Positions 39,787 through 54,560 are shown, numbered from the stretch's first letter. The stretch is 64,000 nt of DNA from Camelus ferus (GCF_009834535.1 NC_045696.1:43588001-43652000); one strand, 5' to 3'. Numbers and translations are program-made. The notes: a model not told the origin generated them from the sequence alone.

Positions 39787-41499
39787 TATCTCTTTTCCTA
39801 GACATATGATGGTTTAATTTTTCAACTATTTTTTCTCTATTTGAAATATTGAATTAACTACAAATTTATGGAGGGTCTCTGGATTTATACATGCTGTAAA
39901 ACAATGATAATCATTCACTGAATAATTCATAGAGATAATAATTCAATATTTATCCCCATAATTATAGGTATATAAATATACTTTTAATTGATAATCATTG
40001 GAATACAAATGAAAACTTTTATAAATTCTTGTAGAGAACTCATTAAGCTCTGAAAATATGCTTATGTATCCCCAGAAGACCAAAATATCCAGTTACAAAA
40101 TTACTCCTATAAGAGAATCATACAGAGGGACAGATGAGTTTCATATGAGTTATCATACTGAACTGTTGCCAGTTGAGGCACAGTAGGGATGAACAGATCA
40201 ACAGCACAAGACACCAGCTAGGAAAGTAAGATTAGTCTGAGTTCAAGGTGGAGGAAAATATGTGTCACAGAAGAATCTCTGGGAAATCAAGTGGAAATGT
40301 CAGAATCTGGGGCATGCAAAGGACTGTAGACCAAGGGAAAAAGAGACAAGGAAGTAATGGGAGAGGTAAGGGGAAACTACCATTAAACTTAGGGTAGGCT
40401 CTGGAAATTACCCAATTGCTAATTATTTGAGTGTGATTCTGAGAAAAAGCAAGGATATAAGTATTTTTTGGAGCTAATGTTTCTTTACCAAGTAGAAATT
40501 ATATTTTAATTTAAAGAATCAGCAGCTCAGCTTTTACTTTCTTCCTGACAGAATCAAATCTATTTATTCTCTGCATGCCTATAACAATACTTTATAATGA
40601 TGGAAATCAGCTGAATTATGTAGATTTAATTAAGTATAAGTATAATTAAATGAAAAAAAAAAAAGAATCCCTGAAATAGCTTTTAACATCTCATTTAAAA
40701 AGGAAGACAGTATTTGGGTCAATGTTTTTGACTGAAGCTATATTAAGAAACTATTGAGCTTTAAAAGTTATTTTACCATCTGTCTTCCCTTAATCAGGTT
40801 CTAAAAGGATAGGCTGTAGGCATGGGGAATAGAAAATAAGTATAAAAGGAAGTGTTTCAGCAAGAAGAAGAAAATAATACTAAATTACAAAAGATCGTAA
40901 GTAATTTTCAGGCCCTGCATCACTTATTTGAAAAACAAAAAAGGCTATAGATTAAAGCAATAAATACACTATTTCTTTTGAGAGTTGTTTCTTCTTTTTC
41001 TTTTTTTAAATTTCAGGCTTTCATCTACATTATAAATATTAAAATTAAAATTAAAATTTTCTGTACATACTTTCTCATAAATTTGGAAGGAACCATTGGG
41101 GACATAAGATTAATTGTGTTTCTGCTACCTCCGGAAATGGAACTTTTCTGTTGTGTGTGTCACACAGGAGTTCACGTTGAATTCTTCCAGGCACCAACAG
41201 CCATCTTTTCCAAACCTCTGAAGACAAATGAAGAAATTCCTAGCAGAGGATTCTGAGCAGGCTGCTAGTTGTCATTCCTGATCCTCTCTTGGCCCTACTA
41301 CTGAGTACCACCTATGTTGTTCTCACACAAATTATGCAGACAAATATCTGTGACTCGGTAATACTATAGCCAATATTAACATTCAAAAAGCTGGACAAAC
41401 ACTAGACCAAATCTGTTTATTCAAAAGTCTCTCAACTAGCTAAAGAGATGGAGTTACATATAGATTAGCACTACTTTAATAAAGTCCTCAACCAAATAG

Positions 41500-43968
41500 T
41501 CACAAATTTAATCTAACACTGTATAAAAAGAATTACATACCATGACCAAATGGGATTTATGCCAGGGATGCAAGGCTAGTTCATAATCCAAAAGGCAATT
41601 AATACAACCCATCGCATCAAAAAAACCAAAAATACATGATTATATCAATAAATGCAGAAGTATTTGACAAAATCCAACACCAATACATGATAAAATCTAT
41701 AAGTAAACTAGGAGTGGAAGGGAACTTCCTCAATTTAATAAAGAATATCTATTAAAGAAACATTCAACTTACATCATTCTAGTAATGAGGAACTTAAAGC
41801 TTTCTGACAAAGATGTCCCCTGTCACTACTCCTTTTCAACACTGTACTTGAAACCTTAGATAATGCAATACAAACCAGACAAGGAAATAAAATAAAATGT
41901 ATTGAGAAGGAAAGACTAAAACTGTCTTGGTTTTCAGATGACATGGTTGCCTAATTTGAAAATCTGGAAGAACAGAAAAGAACAAACTTAAAGAACTAAT
42001 GAGCGATTATAGGAAGGTTATAGGATACAAGCTTAATACATAAAAGTAAAACACTTTTCTATATATAAGTAGTAAAAAAATAAAATTTAAATTTTAAAAC
42101 ACAATAACATTTACATTAGCACCCTCCCAAAATGAAATGCTTCAATATAAATCTAACAAAATGTTTAAGACCTGTATCAGAAAAAACTACAAAACTCTGA
42201 TGAAAGAAATCAAAGAACTAAACAAATGGAGAGATCTTTAATTTTTATGAATAGAAAGTCTCAATATTGTCAAGATGCTAGTTTTTCCCAACTTGATTCA
42301 ATGCAACCCCAAACAAAATCCTGGCAAGTGACCTTATAGATATCGACAATTTTATTCTAAAATTTATATTTAGAAATAAGAGGCCCGTGATAGCCAATTA
42401 AAGGAGAAAAACAAAGTTGTAGCACTGATATTTCCAGATACCAAGACTTATTACAAAGCTACAATAATCAAACAGCAATGGTAAAAAGTAGATGGCTAGT
42501 TAATGGAACAGAATAGAAAGAACAGAAATAGGCGATATAAATACAGCCACCTTATTTTCGACAATGGAGCAAATGCAATGCAATGAAGCAAGGACAGTCT
42601 TTTCAACTGGACATCAACATACAAAAAAAAAAAAAAAGAACCTAGAGAAAGACCTTACACCCTTCACCAAAGTCAACTAAAATGAATTACAGACCTAAGT
42701 GTTATATGTGAAACTATACAATTCCTAGATGGTAACATAAGGTAAAGTCTAGATGACTTTTTTGATGATGACTTTTTAGATAAAACAACAAAGGCACAAT
42801 CCATGAAGAAAATAATGGGTAAGTTGAACTTCATTAAAATTAAATTGTCTGCTCTTGAAAAACACTGTCAAGAATGAAAAGATAAGTCACAGACTGAGAG
42901 AAAATATTTGCAAAAGACATATCTAATAAATGGTGGTATCTAAAATATAAAAAAAACTCTTAAAACTTAACAATAAAAAAAGCTAACCACCTTATTAAAA
43001 ACCAGGTCATCCACCTTAACAGACACTTCATCATAATGCTAAACAAATGACAAGTAAGCTTAGGAAAAGATATTCCATATTATTTTTCATCATGGAAATG
43101 TAAAGTACAATAACAATGAAATACCACTACACACCTATGAACACTACACACCTATGCCAAAATCCAAAGTACTGACAATGCCAAATGCTGTAGAGAGTGT
43201 AGAGTAACGAAGACTCTCACTCATTTCTGGTGGAAATGCAAAATAGTACAGTCATTTTGAAGATAGTTTGGTAGTTTTTTGCAAAACTAAACATACTTTT
43301 AACATATGATTCAACAATCATGTCCTTTGGTATTCACTCAAATGAAGTGAAAACTTAGGTTCACATACAAACCTGAAGCTGTTTATAGCAGCTTTATCCA
43401 TAATCACCAAAACTTGGAATCAATCAAGATGCCCTTTAATAGATGAATGGATAAATATACTGAATTATATGCAGACAATGGAATAATATTCAGTGCTCAA
43501 AAGAAATGAGCTCTCAAGCCATGAAGAGACATGGAGAAAAATTAAATGTATATTACTGAACGAAAGAAGGCATTCTGAAATATCTACATACTGTATATTT
43601 ATAAGTATATGACATTCTGGAAAAGGCGAAACTATGTAGACAATAAAAAGATCAGTGGTTGTCAAGGGTTAGGGGAAGAGTGGGACTAATAGGCAAAGCA
43701 GGGAGGATTTTTAGCCCAGTGGTAACACTCTGTATAATACTATGATGGTGGATACATGTGGTGATACGTTTGTCCAAATTCATATAATGTATAATACCAA
43801 AAGTGAACCCTACTATAAACTTTGGACTTTGGGTGATAATAACTTGCCTATTCAGGTTCACCAATTTGTTATCAATTGCAACAAATGTACAACTCTGGAG
43901 GGGGATATTGATAATAAGACAGGCTAATGCATGTGTAGTGGGGGCAGTGGGTATATGGGAAATCTGTT
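41500..43968 (+). mobile_element. 5'-truncated LINE-1 (L1MC1/MB-type): ORF2 RT to 3' UTR, disrupted
   Basis: catgaccaaatgggatttatgccagggatgcaaggctagttc, ttttcagatgacatg (FADD-equivalent), 3' UTR aaactttggactttgggtgataat...gggtatatgggaaatct. Many stops and frameshifts. Confidence 0.92.
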
Positions 43969-44329
43969 TTGTTTGTCTGTCTACCTCTGTCTCTGCCTCT
44001 CTCTCGACTGTTTCCAGTGAAATCATACCAAGGAACACAGACAAATAAGTTAAATATAAGGAGAGTTCCTCTTGATGAAGCACGGTGTAGAAACTAAAAA
44101 CTTTTCTTATTTTTGTCAAAACCCACAACCACTACCATCCAAGCAACTCTTAAAATAATCTTGTACTATCTACTTCTTCCCAGAAATGATCCAGGAACAA
44201 TTAATTTAAGAAATGCTTAATCTTTAAGTAAGAGTTGTGTGGTATTATTTATGCTATCCAATCCTCCACAGTTATAATGATTACTTTTATGAGGGCTACC
44301 AGAAGTTAGTAACTCTGATTTACACACTT

Positions 44330-45170
44330 TGTTCCTGTCTACTGGGCTTCTCCATACCTAGCACAACACATGCATTCTCACTAAAACTACTCCTTTACCT
44401 TTTATCTTAGTTAATTCCCCCAAATCCTAAATGCTCATATTCAGCTTCTTTCTCTCTCATGCAGTCTGCTATCACATATGCCAGATATTTTCTTCAAGTA
44501 TCTCTAGATTCACTCACTCTTCTTTTGCTACATTGGTTCTCTTAAGGTCCTATCTCTGTTAACCTGTCATATCTTCCTGCTTCCAGTCTTTTCTTCTTGA
44601 TCTGTGCATCGCCCTCATACTGATCATTCTAAATCATCTAGTGGATAATAATAGCTATTCCATGGTGTTCTTTTACCTGTAAGAAAAACTCTAAATTCTT
44701 CATCAAGGCCACAGACTTTCATTAAAGTACTCCTGTATAATTTTTCAGATTATTCTCACAATTTTATCCCATATCCTACAGTACAGTTAGAATAAGTGTA
44801 CATCTAGATTATGTTATTTGTTTATTAGTCTCTATGTTTATTCATAGGTTTTCTCCTCTGTTCAAATTTTCTTCTTCACGTTTTCTACCTAATAAAAGCC
44901 TAATTTTACAAAATTCACCTCAAAGTCATCTACTCTTTAAAGCCTTTCCTTACTCTTTACAGTGAGACACTCTCTGTTCAGCTCCTCAGTGGACTCCAGT
45001 AGGAGCTTCCTTTATGCTTCCGTTAGAGACATAGCCATGTACAGTATAATTATCCTCCACCACAAGAGCTTTGAGATTAGAAACCTTGTTCCATCTGTTT
45101 CCAAATATACAAACTTGAGTATATAATAATTCTCCAGAAAAGAGGGGTTCATTAAATATATTGGTTGTCA
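44330..45170 (+). mobile_element. Degenerate LINE-2 fragments
   Basis: aaactctaaattcttcatcaaggccacagac, tcacctcaaagtcatctactctttaaagccttttcc and gggttcattaaatatattggttg. Confidence 0.55.
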
Positions 45171-45186
45171 CAAAGTACTCAATTAC

Positions 45187-45361
45187 TCTAGTTCATCTGG
45201 TTTAAAATGTCATTCACTGGAAGAGGCACATTATTTTATATACTACTGAAACGGAAAAAAATCATTGCAATTAAACTATGACACGTCATTGAATATGAGA
45301 CATCCTAATTTCAAGGTTGTTAAAATATGAAAACAAATGTGCTGAGAGGGATAAAATATAA
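45187..45361 (-). mobile_element. MER104-like Tc2/mariner MITE
   Basis: cattattttatatactactgaaacggaaaaaaatcattgcaattaaactatgacacgtcattgaatatgagacatcctaatttcaaggttgttaaaatatgaaaacaaatgtgc. Confidence 0.7.
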
Positions 45362-45711
45362 TGCCTTATTTTGAGCCCTAAATACTGTTCAGGGAAGATG
45401 ATATAACCAGAAACATGTTCAGTCAGTATTAATTTGCATACAGTTTTAAAAATTGTTAGATAAAATGATAAGGGTAAACAGAGAACATAGATGTGGCATT
45501 TAATTTCAATGCTGCAACTTTACAATTGTAAGTATTTGATACAACTACAAATAAGCATTCTAAGTCAGTAGAAGCAAGTAACATTCCCTATTAAAATACA
45601 ATAATCATGAATACACAACTACAAGGTACAGTAAAAAAAACAAAAATATAAACATAAAAACAGTTATTGCAATGATGAGTGAATGAATTCTTCAGGTACA
45701 CAAATTAAAAA

Positions 45712-45744
45712 AAATACAACATTGTAAATCAACTATACATGAAT
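45712..45744 (+). mobile_element. Extremely 5'-truncated young L1 tail (about 33 bp)
   Basis: acaacattgtaaatcaactatacatgaataaa matches the L1 3' termini at about 55980-56009 and 63555-63585. Flanked by aaattaaaaa on both sides. Confidence 0.6.
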
Positions 45745-46477
45745 AAATTAAAAATTCAAACAAAGAAAAATATATCCATATTAAACAACTTAAAAGGAAG
45801 TAAGACTATGTTTTGCAATACTACATTAATCAAAAACTATTATCAGAGATGCCAGCACAGCACCTGAATCTTTTTTAAAAATATTGTAGAGAAAAGAGAT
45901 GCCTAAAAATTAGATATATAATTAAATTTTATCATATATGTAAACAACATATGTATATATTTACATGGAAAAATTAATAAATCTTTTTAAGTAGATATTT
46001 GTCTCATTCAGTTACATATCTAAAAGTTAACTGGAAAATCTGGGGTTTTCTTTATTTTGAAGTCATTTTTATTAAAATATTTTATACATGGTAATTTTGA
46101 ATTTGCAATGCCAAGGACATTGCCCATCCCAAAATAACTTAAAAAACAGTGCCCTGCCTAAATATATGACCATATGATTCAGTCAATAATTTTTTCCTAC
46201 TGTACTACAATAGCCTGAAAAATACATATTGGCATAATGGAGACAAACAGAAATAAAAGAGAAAATATTAAGAGGTCTGGTATAGTAACTTACAAAAAAA
46301 AAGTGCTTAATTTTCTTAAATAAAAGAATATTAAAATTATGGAATGCTCTATGTAACTCTGAATGTGTACCTTCAGAAAATCAAAATGAAGTAATATGTA
46401 AGGAAAGATGAGTAAGAAAGATACATTTACACGTGCAAGCACACACATACACACACATAGATATAGAGATAATATGT

Positions 46478-46482
<5 letters not shown>

Positions 46483-46529
<47 letters not shown>

Positions 46530-46530
46530 G
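46483..46530. repeat. (GATA)11 tetranucleotide microsatellite
   Basis: 11 perfect GATA units followed by GATG. Confidence 0.95.
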
Positions 46531-46914
46531 GATAGGAAGGCAGATAGAGAAGAGGGATGGAAATAGCTGCTGTGTTAAGTGGAGATAGAAAACCATATGA
46601 CGATTCAGTGAAGGTTCTAAGACCAAGTGACAGTGTAAAAGAAAAAAGCTGCTAAATCACTGAGGTCATGGCTCGGTTAAACTAAGATATGCATACATAC
46701 AACAAATCTTAATATTCTAAGATAAAACTTGTGTATGAATAATTTGGAAAACTTTTTAAAAGCCATATTTTAATGAGTAGATAATCTTATTAAAGAATAT
46801 GCCTGCCCAGTGAGTAGCCAAGGCAGGTAATTATACAAAGGCAATTGTATTCTAAAACAATAAATTTTTCAGAACATAATTTTGTAAGAAAATTGTGGGC
46901 GGAGTGGGTCATAT

Positions 46915-47085
46915 ATCACAAAAGGGCTTTGGAGTGAGGGCTCCTGATTGCATACTAGATGTTGTATTAACCAGGTCTATACACTTGAGGACATAATTAA
47001 ACTCTTGAGCTTCAGGTTTTTTATTTGTAGATTCAAGATACTAATAGATGCTTATTGGTTTGTTGGGAGAATTAAACATACAGCT
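46915..47085 (+). mobile_element. MIR SINE
   Basis: gggctttggagtgagg...cttgaggacataattaaactcttgagcttcaggttttttatttgtag...tgttgggagaattaaa. Confidence 0.65.
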
Positions 47086-47914
47086 TCTTTTATCAGAGTT
47101 GTCCCCCGACACACATAAAACTTCATAGTTATTATTTCTCTTTGCATTTGAAATGATGTGAATTGCTTATAAACTGATTAAAAAAAACTTTCTAAATTGT
47201 TTCCAATCAGCTTATAAGAAAGTTTATTATATTGTGAATTCATTCAATGAAACAAGCCTGAAAGGCACAAAACATACACTAATATTTAATTCCTCAAAAT
47301 GAATTCTTCATTTATACTCATTTGTCTTGTACTCTGATGAGCTACATTTATTATCCTGAAAAGCTGCTAACTCTTAACATGGGTTTCATATGAGATGACC
47401 CATTCTTAACAGTTTTAAACTAAATTTAACAAGACAACAGAAATAGACAGCAGCAGTCATCTTTCACATTATATTGTAGTTCTGATAAGGAGTACAAAAC
47501 AACACTATATAAATGTGCTTAAAAATACAAAGATTTAACTTTTTTTTCCCCTGTGTTCTCAATAGAAACTCTACATAGTCTCATTTAATACTTCCTAGTT
47601 GGCAGTCACCATCAATGAATTCTGGACGTGAGCCAGGCTAGTGGCATTGTAAGCTTGCTAGTTTCAAACCTAATCTCCTGTGTTTATTCATATATATATA
47701 CATACACGCACATAAGTAAGCATACATTAAACACACATTTCTTAAATGTCCCCATTTCCTAGTTAATATGCTAGGCAAAGGGATGCACAGCGACGAACAG
47801 AAAGTATCAAAAATTGTTACTTATACTATTGGTGGCAGACAGTCAGAATAAAAAAAAAAAAAAGGAAGGGTTCATAAGAGCATATTCCACTCAAATCTGT
47901 GTGTATGCGCACAC

Positions 47915-48420
47915 AAAATGGCAAATTCCAATTCAATATTCTCTCTCCTTTTCTTGCTAACAGAACTTAGTTTGAGGACAGTGTACTCAGCTTTAAACTA
48001 ACCAAATCCACATTCTCACCATTATTTATAGCGAAAAATAAATACCTGACATAATAATTCTGACCAAAGAGATGTTAGATGATATTGGATAAGGTTCCCA
48101 GAAAATACTCTTATAAAAGGACAATTTTAGGTGATTAAAATCCTATTCCTTTTCCCTTGCTAGAAATACGGATATACAATAGAAGTGAAGAAGACTTCTT
48201 GGGACTTTGACGTGACAAACATGAGGATGAAGCCCATAAAATAAAGATGACAGGGTAGAAATTTAGAAGGAAACTGATGTTGTTATGAAGAGATTAGTTC
48301 AGTACTAAAATGATTGTATCTGTTTTTCCTGTTAAATGAGAAAATAATAAATTCCATATTTACTTAAGACATATGTTGGTTGGATTTTTCTGTTACTTAT
48401 AAATTAATGGAATTCTTGTA
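47915..48420 (+). mobile_element. MLT1 (J/K-like) MaLR solo LTR
   Basis: caatattctctctccttttcttgctaacagaac...tgagaaaataataaattccatatttacttaag...ttttctgttactt. Confidence 0.65.
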
Positions 48421-49619
48421 TGTGAGTGTTGAGTTCTGTATGTGTGTGTCTGTATGCATGTGTGTGTATTTAGAAGTAGGATAGAGAGGAAAAATATAAT
48501 TTTAAAAAAAGGCTATAAACAAAACTATGAAGAAACAAACAAAAAAAATGAGCCAAGACCCAGAGTTAGTCTTGTATATGTGTGAAGAGTTTCAGAAACT
48601 ATTAAACAGTCACTCCCATTTATCTGTTGCCCTACATCATTAATATTGCAACTCTGAGAGCATTTTCTTATTCAGAATCTCTTCATGTCGTTAAGTATGA
48701 AGTTGAAGCAACACGTGTATTCCTTATGAGGAATTTAATCTCATTTCTGCCTTTAAATACTTTATAATAAGTTGTTCTCTTTGCCAAAGGAGGGATTAAA
48801 ACACACAAATGTTCTCAGAAGAAACAATTTTAATATTCAGCTAAGCAACACCACTTTCCTGGAAAATATGTCCTCCTTTTTTTTTCATTGCTACTATGGA
48901 ATACCATATTGTGATGTATCCATTATTTTTCTTAAATAGAGACAGAATAAGATGACCTCATGTATAACTTAGAATAGTGTTGTTTTTTTTTTTTTTTGTA
49001 ATTGCACTGTATTAGCTCATCAGATTAAATCTCTAGTGAGTCCCAGAAGAAAACACTGAACTAATGGTTCAGGCCACTTAGACTTGAGTCCAAGGTTAAC
49101 ATATCTTGAATTTGAGGTGTACTTCTCAAGGTTTTCCTTCACCCAAGAGGATTAGTCATTAGCTCATTTCACTGTTAATTTGTAGGGATCTCCATCCCTC
49201 ATTTTAAGTTTCCCTTAAGGGTTTACTAATGGATTGGCAGCTCCTCACTAGGCAAGTCTCTTGTATCTCTGTTGCCCAAATTATAGCCAGAGCATGAAGC
49301 TAACAGATTGACAAGAGTTTTCATATTGATTTCAACTGGAAAACAAAGACAAAAAATTTTTTAAAATGGATTTTATTTGTTTTTTTCACCAATTTTTACA
49401 TTCTTTGTAGTTTCATTGATTTATTTTGCCCTCATCGTTGATAGTTTTAATGTAAACACATATGGTTTAACAGACTAATTGCCAAAAACACTTTTTAAAA
49501 TATGGACATATATACCTCTTTTGTAATGATTAGTCGGATTTGAAAGAGAAAAATAAAATAATATATTTTCCTAAGGTTTTATGTCAACTTTAATAGATAC
49601 TGAATTACCAGATTTCTTT

Positions 49620-51290
49620 CAATTTTTGATTTATATGTTAGCATTATCATGCACAAATTCCATATTTTGTATGACTTTTATTCTTTTAAATGTGTTAAGA
49701 CTGATCTGTGGCATAACATATGGCCTATCTTGGAGAATGTCCCATGAGAACTTCAAAATAATGTATATACTCTGCTGTTTTGGTGTTCAGTGTTCTGTAG
49801 ATGTCATTTAGTTCAAGTTGGTTGATTGTTTCATACAAGTTTTCAAGATATCGCTATCTTCTAATAACAAATCACTGTTAATTTATAATTTCTAATAATA
49901 AATGATGCTATTTGTTCTATGAAGTATAGAGAATAAATTATTGAAGTCACTAACTTAATTTTAAATTATCTATTCCTGTCTTCTATTATCAATTTTAGTT
50001 TCACATATTTTGGTGTTCTGTTGTTAGATGCATACATACTTATAATTGTTATCTCTAACTTTTTATCATTATGCAATGTCCCTCATTGTCTCTAAGTAAT
50101 AATTATTATCTTAATGACTATTCGTGTTTGAGATTAGCATAGTCACTTTATCTATCTTTTGGTTAATGTTCTATAAGATATACATATATTTCTAGAAGAT
50201 ATACATGTATTTTCCATCTTTTCAGGAGATTCTGAATAAGAAAATGCTCTTCAAGTTGCTTTTTTTTAAATCTAAAGTATTAAATATATTTATAATATTA
50301 TTTTCCAACATCTGGGCCCCCTCTAGGACAATTTCTATTGATTAATTTTTCTCTTCTTATTTAGGAGACATATTTTGCTATTCCTTTGCATGTCTTACCA
50401 TTTTTGTTCAAAACTGAATATAAAAATGTCATGTGGAACCTCTGGACATCAGTTTCTTTTCCTGTCTCCAGAGACTATTGTTGTTGTTTCTATGGCTATT
50501 TGTATTTTGAGTGACTTTCCAGAACTCTATAAAATTTGTGTATCTTGTCATATGCAACCACTGAAGCATTGGCTTAATTAGTTTATTGGTTACTACTGAT
50601 TGGTCAGAAATGTCCTTTAACACCTTGCATCAATACATCTTCTGCCTTAGCCACGTGGCTGTGTGTATGTTGGGTTACACTTTTAATGCTCAGGCAGTTT
50701 ATAAATGTGCCTTAACCATCACTTCCTGCTTGCACAGGGCCTAAGGTCGGCCAGAGGTGAGTAACTGGAGATGTCTCATATCTTCCCTAGACATGCACAG
50801 TGCTGCATAAGTGCACATCCTTCTAGATCCTCAGGAATATGTCGGGGCTTTTCAAAATACCCTGTGGACATCTAGTTCCCAGACCCTACTTTTAAACTTT
50901 GTCTGGGCTTTTGTTTGCTTCAACTAGTATCATAGACTTTGGCAGCTTTGGTGTTAAGTAATTGCAGCTGATTATTTATGAAAAATACCCTCGGAATTAG
51001 GCCTTTTCCATGAAGGGTGCTCCAAGTAAGAATGACAGTGCTATTTGAGTGGGTTTTTCCCCAAGGGCCACAGATAGGCCAAGTAGTAACAATGCCTGGG
51101 AGCAGCGGTTTATAAGGTACTCCAAACCTGGTCTATCTCTTCCAACAGCTGCAAGGTTCCTGGTCTTCACAGTTCCCGTAAATTGTGGAAACCTAAATGT
51201 TTCATAATGAGTAGCAAAGTGTGCCTACGCTTTTCACCAGATGTATATATTATCTTGGTTAAATGGAACAGTAAACAGGGCTGCACTTTT
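49620..51290 (-). mobile_element. Old LINE-1 fragments (ORF2 5' part and 5'-region pieces)
   Basis: ttttgtatgacttttattcttttaaatgtgttaagac...tggcataacatatggcctatcttggagaatgtcccatg. Downstream ccatcacttcctgcttgcacagggcctaaggtc resembles old L1 5' regions. Confidence 0.65.
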
Positions 51291-52964
51291 TTTGAAAATG
51301 ACACCATCTCTATTGTCCTAACCTGTAAGCAAATCCGCCCTTTGCTCCAAGGAGATTCTGTCTCTGACTTCCAAGACTATACACTAAACAAACATCTTTG
51401 AAGTAATATTCTAAAAGAAATGGCAGTCAGTGCTCTGTTCACAGGACATGCAAAAAACCTAAGACACAAATGGAGAATTAGCCCCCAATAATCTGCATGT
51501 TACCTTTTTTCCAAGCAAAGCCAAGCCTGCTCTTTCCACCTACATAATTTGCTACTTTGATGTTTGTATGTATGTATGTATTTTTTATGTATGTTTTGAT
51601 CTTCAAGGGTTGAGTTAAAATACTTAATAAAGGGATATATATTTGTTAATTCCACTTGTTTAAAATTAAACAGGTCATAAAATAAGCAACATATGACTCA
51701 AGGAAAAGTATATGAGATAAAAAATAAAGAACAGCAAACAGATAATACACAAAAATTTCAAGGTACATGTACCTGTGGAGGTGGAATGAGAAGCATAGGG
51801 CCAGGAATTTACAAAAGTCCTTTATGAGATTAGTAATATTCTAAATTAAGGTGGGCACTGAAAATATTTTTCCCTGAAAAGCTTTAGAAATTTTATTTTA
51901 TATTACTTATCAATGTTTAATAAAAACAATCAAACTACTATTGAAATTTTGTTTAAAACCTTTATAGTACTACAATCTAGATGACTTTCTTTTCCTTTTT
52001 AAAGTGCTGTGTACAGGTTGAATTTATTTGCATACTGTAAGGTTAATTTTATTTGATGGTCACATACTGCACTGCCAACACTGAATTTGAGTTTTTCCAA
52101 ATTCATACTATTAATCATAAAGAATATAGTAAAAGAACTGATTAATTAGTAAACCTTAGTGTATCCATGGAGTTGCTCTTGTTGTCTTTAATCTATAGCT
52201 CTGAGGAATCCTACATGAGTCAAACTGCTGCACAAATCATTATCAAATTAGAAAACCAATACCGATCATTTCCAACCAAAAACTAAGGGTAGAAGAATGT
52301 TGTAGACAAACTGGGACTAGTTTTTTATAAAGGCATAACATTAATTAGGTTAATTTTATTGGGAAATAACTACCCTCTTAATTACCATGACTAAAAAACT
52401 ATGGAAATTAAATCTAAGTAGTATGCAACTGAAGCATTCCAGGATTATATGATTGTGCCTCTTAAAGACTGCATATTTTCTGAGATATAGGACAATGAAT
52501 TTTAGCATACACTTTTAAAATTATAGTATTTTGTGATGCATTTTTAATTTTTTCCCAAATCTATCAAATTATCTTACTAGACTTTGCTTAAAGATCAAAT
52601 TATATAAAAGTAAATTTCATAAATTTCCACTAATTTCATTATAAAAATACCAAAAATGTTACCATTTTCCTATTTTCTATTATATCAATTCCACTTCTAG
52701 TTTATGTAAAAATTCCCTCTTCAGAAAACACTATGCAGTTTAGTGATCTCCTTAAGTATCCAGAGATCCCTGGTGCATTTAAGAAATGGATTAGATTTCC
52801 GTTATAGTGCTTTATAACAAATTTCATGAGGCTCACTACATCATATTCATACTAAAATCATTCTAAAAGTAGTATAAAACTTGAAATTATAGTTAAAGTC
52901 AGTGTGTGTGTAGATTTTAGTATTTTTAAGAGGAATATGTTGAAATACCAATGTGCTCCTTTTT

Positions 52965-53130
52965 AAAAGCTGTGTGACTTTGAGTTAGTTATTTAAAACC
53001 TCTTTGGGTCTCAATTTCTGACTTTGAATAAAAGGACTAATAGAAGTAGGATTATAGGGGTTGTTTCGAATATTCAATTGAATGCATGTATATAAAAACC
53101 ACTCGTATAGTATCTTTAAAAGTATATGTT
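52965..53130 (+). mobile_element. MIR fragment
   Basis: gctgtgtgactttgagttagttatttaaaacctctttgggtctcaatttc (MIR core). Confidence 0.7.
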
Positions 53131-54344
53131 CAGTGATTAATGGATAATATGGTTTTTTTTGTATTTCAAAAACTGCAAATAACTGAGAAAAATTAAGATT
53201 AGGGAGGATGAGACAGATCACACTCACGTGTATACGTGTCTGTGTGTAATACTAAGAGGAATGAAAACATTTTGAAGAAAAGTTTAAGAGCAATCAAATT
53301 AGGAAACAAAGTCTATACAATGACCTAGGGGGACTTGTCTTCAGATGTTTTTAATTAGAGCATATTCTGCACTTTTTAGATTCGATATTGAAAGCAAATA
53401 ACATGCCTGAATGCACTGAAGGCATAAGAGATACTGATTTTGAATTCTACATCTTATTGATTAAACTTGCTACTCTCTCACATTATTATTTACCTAAAGA
53501 AATATTATTTAGGGAGAAAATCAAAATGTATAACTAATATATTGGGGTCTCTACTATGAAGCATTTAGTAATGTTTTTGACCCAAATTAGGATCTGAGGC
53601 AAGCACTGCAACAAAGTCAGTAAGAATGCAGAACTTTGCAAATTTGGTAAATGGATTTGGTTTAAATATATCTGTGTTTGAATTACATGGGCTATTAAAA
53701 ATATACAAATATATTTTTTCTATTTTATTTTTTGTAATAAACTATGGTAGTGAAACACGTTACACTCATCAGAAAGGAAAAACTCAGGGAGAACAAACAA
53801 TAGAAATCCATGATTTTACATTTTATTATAATTATGCATTGTTTACTCACCATATTTACCACAGTCAGCAAGAGTTTAAATTTTTAGAAAGGAAAAAAGT
53901 TATTTTTCAAATAATCCTTGCTCAAATCTTAATGATTATGCCATTCAAGGTCCATAGATCAATTAATTAACATCACAGATCAATGAATTGCTTATAAAAT
54001 TTCATTGTTGAATTGGAGTTTAGATTTAATTGCATGAAAAAAATTCAGAAACCAAAAATTTCTTAGTAAAGTAGTTTTTTGACAATGACACATGTCATCA
54101 TTAATGTTAAGACTAGCCAGAGCTTAACATTGTTGGTAATATTTCCAATAATATATTTCTATTAGAATTTAATTCATAGATATTCTACTTGTGTGAAGAT
54201 AAACCTACCGAGATGAAGAATCTTTACCAATCTGCTATATTCTAATATGACTCTGAATGGATAGGTTCCACACCAGAAGGCCCATGGGAAAGTGAGGAAC
54301 AAACAGGCAAATTATCAGTTTAAGGCTCTATATTTTGAGAACTG

Positions 54345-54560
54345 AAACTAGCAAGGAAGCTTGAGGGCAGATTCTGATTCTCATAAACTGGATGGTCTTG
54401 GGTAATATAACTGAACTATTTAAGTGCTACTGACTTCATCAGTGAAATGAACATAATAGTTTTGAACTTGAAGCATATGGGGAGGATTAAAGGAGATCAT
54501 GTTTTTAAAGTATTTAGAACATTAAGTAGCCATTGTAAACACTCTACATGCAAGTTAGTA
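54345..54560 (+). mobile_element. MIR SINE
   Basis: ggtcttgggtaatataactgaac...cttcatcagtgaaatgaacataatag...gaggattaaaggagatcatgtttttaaagtattt. Confidence 0.6.

Noticed and set aside
41130..41220. Possible minus-strand exon after ttcttcatttgtcttcag
   Set aside because: The donor site is weak (gag/gtagca) and the translations are not recognisable.
43652..44128. 158-aa minus-strand ORF
   Set aside because: Mostly antisense to an L1 3' UTR, with no recognisable domain.
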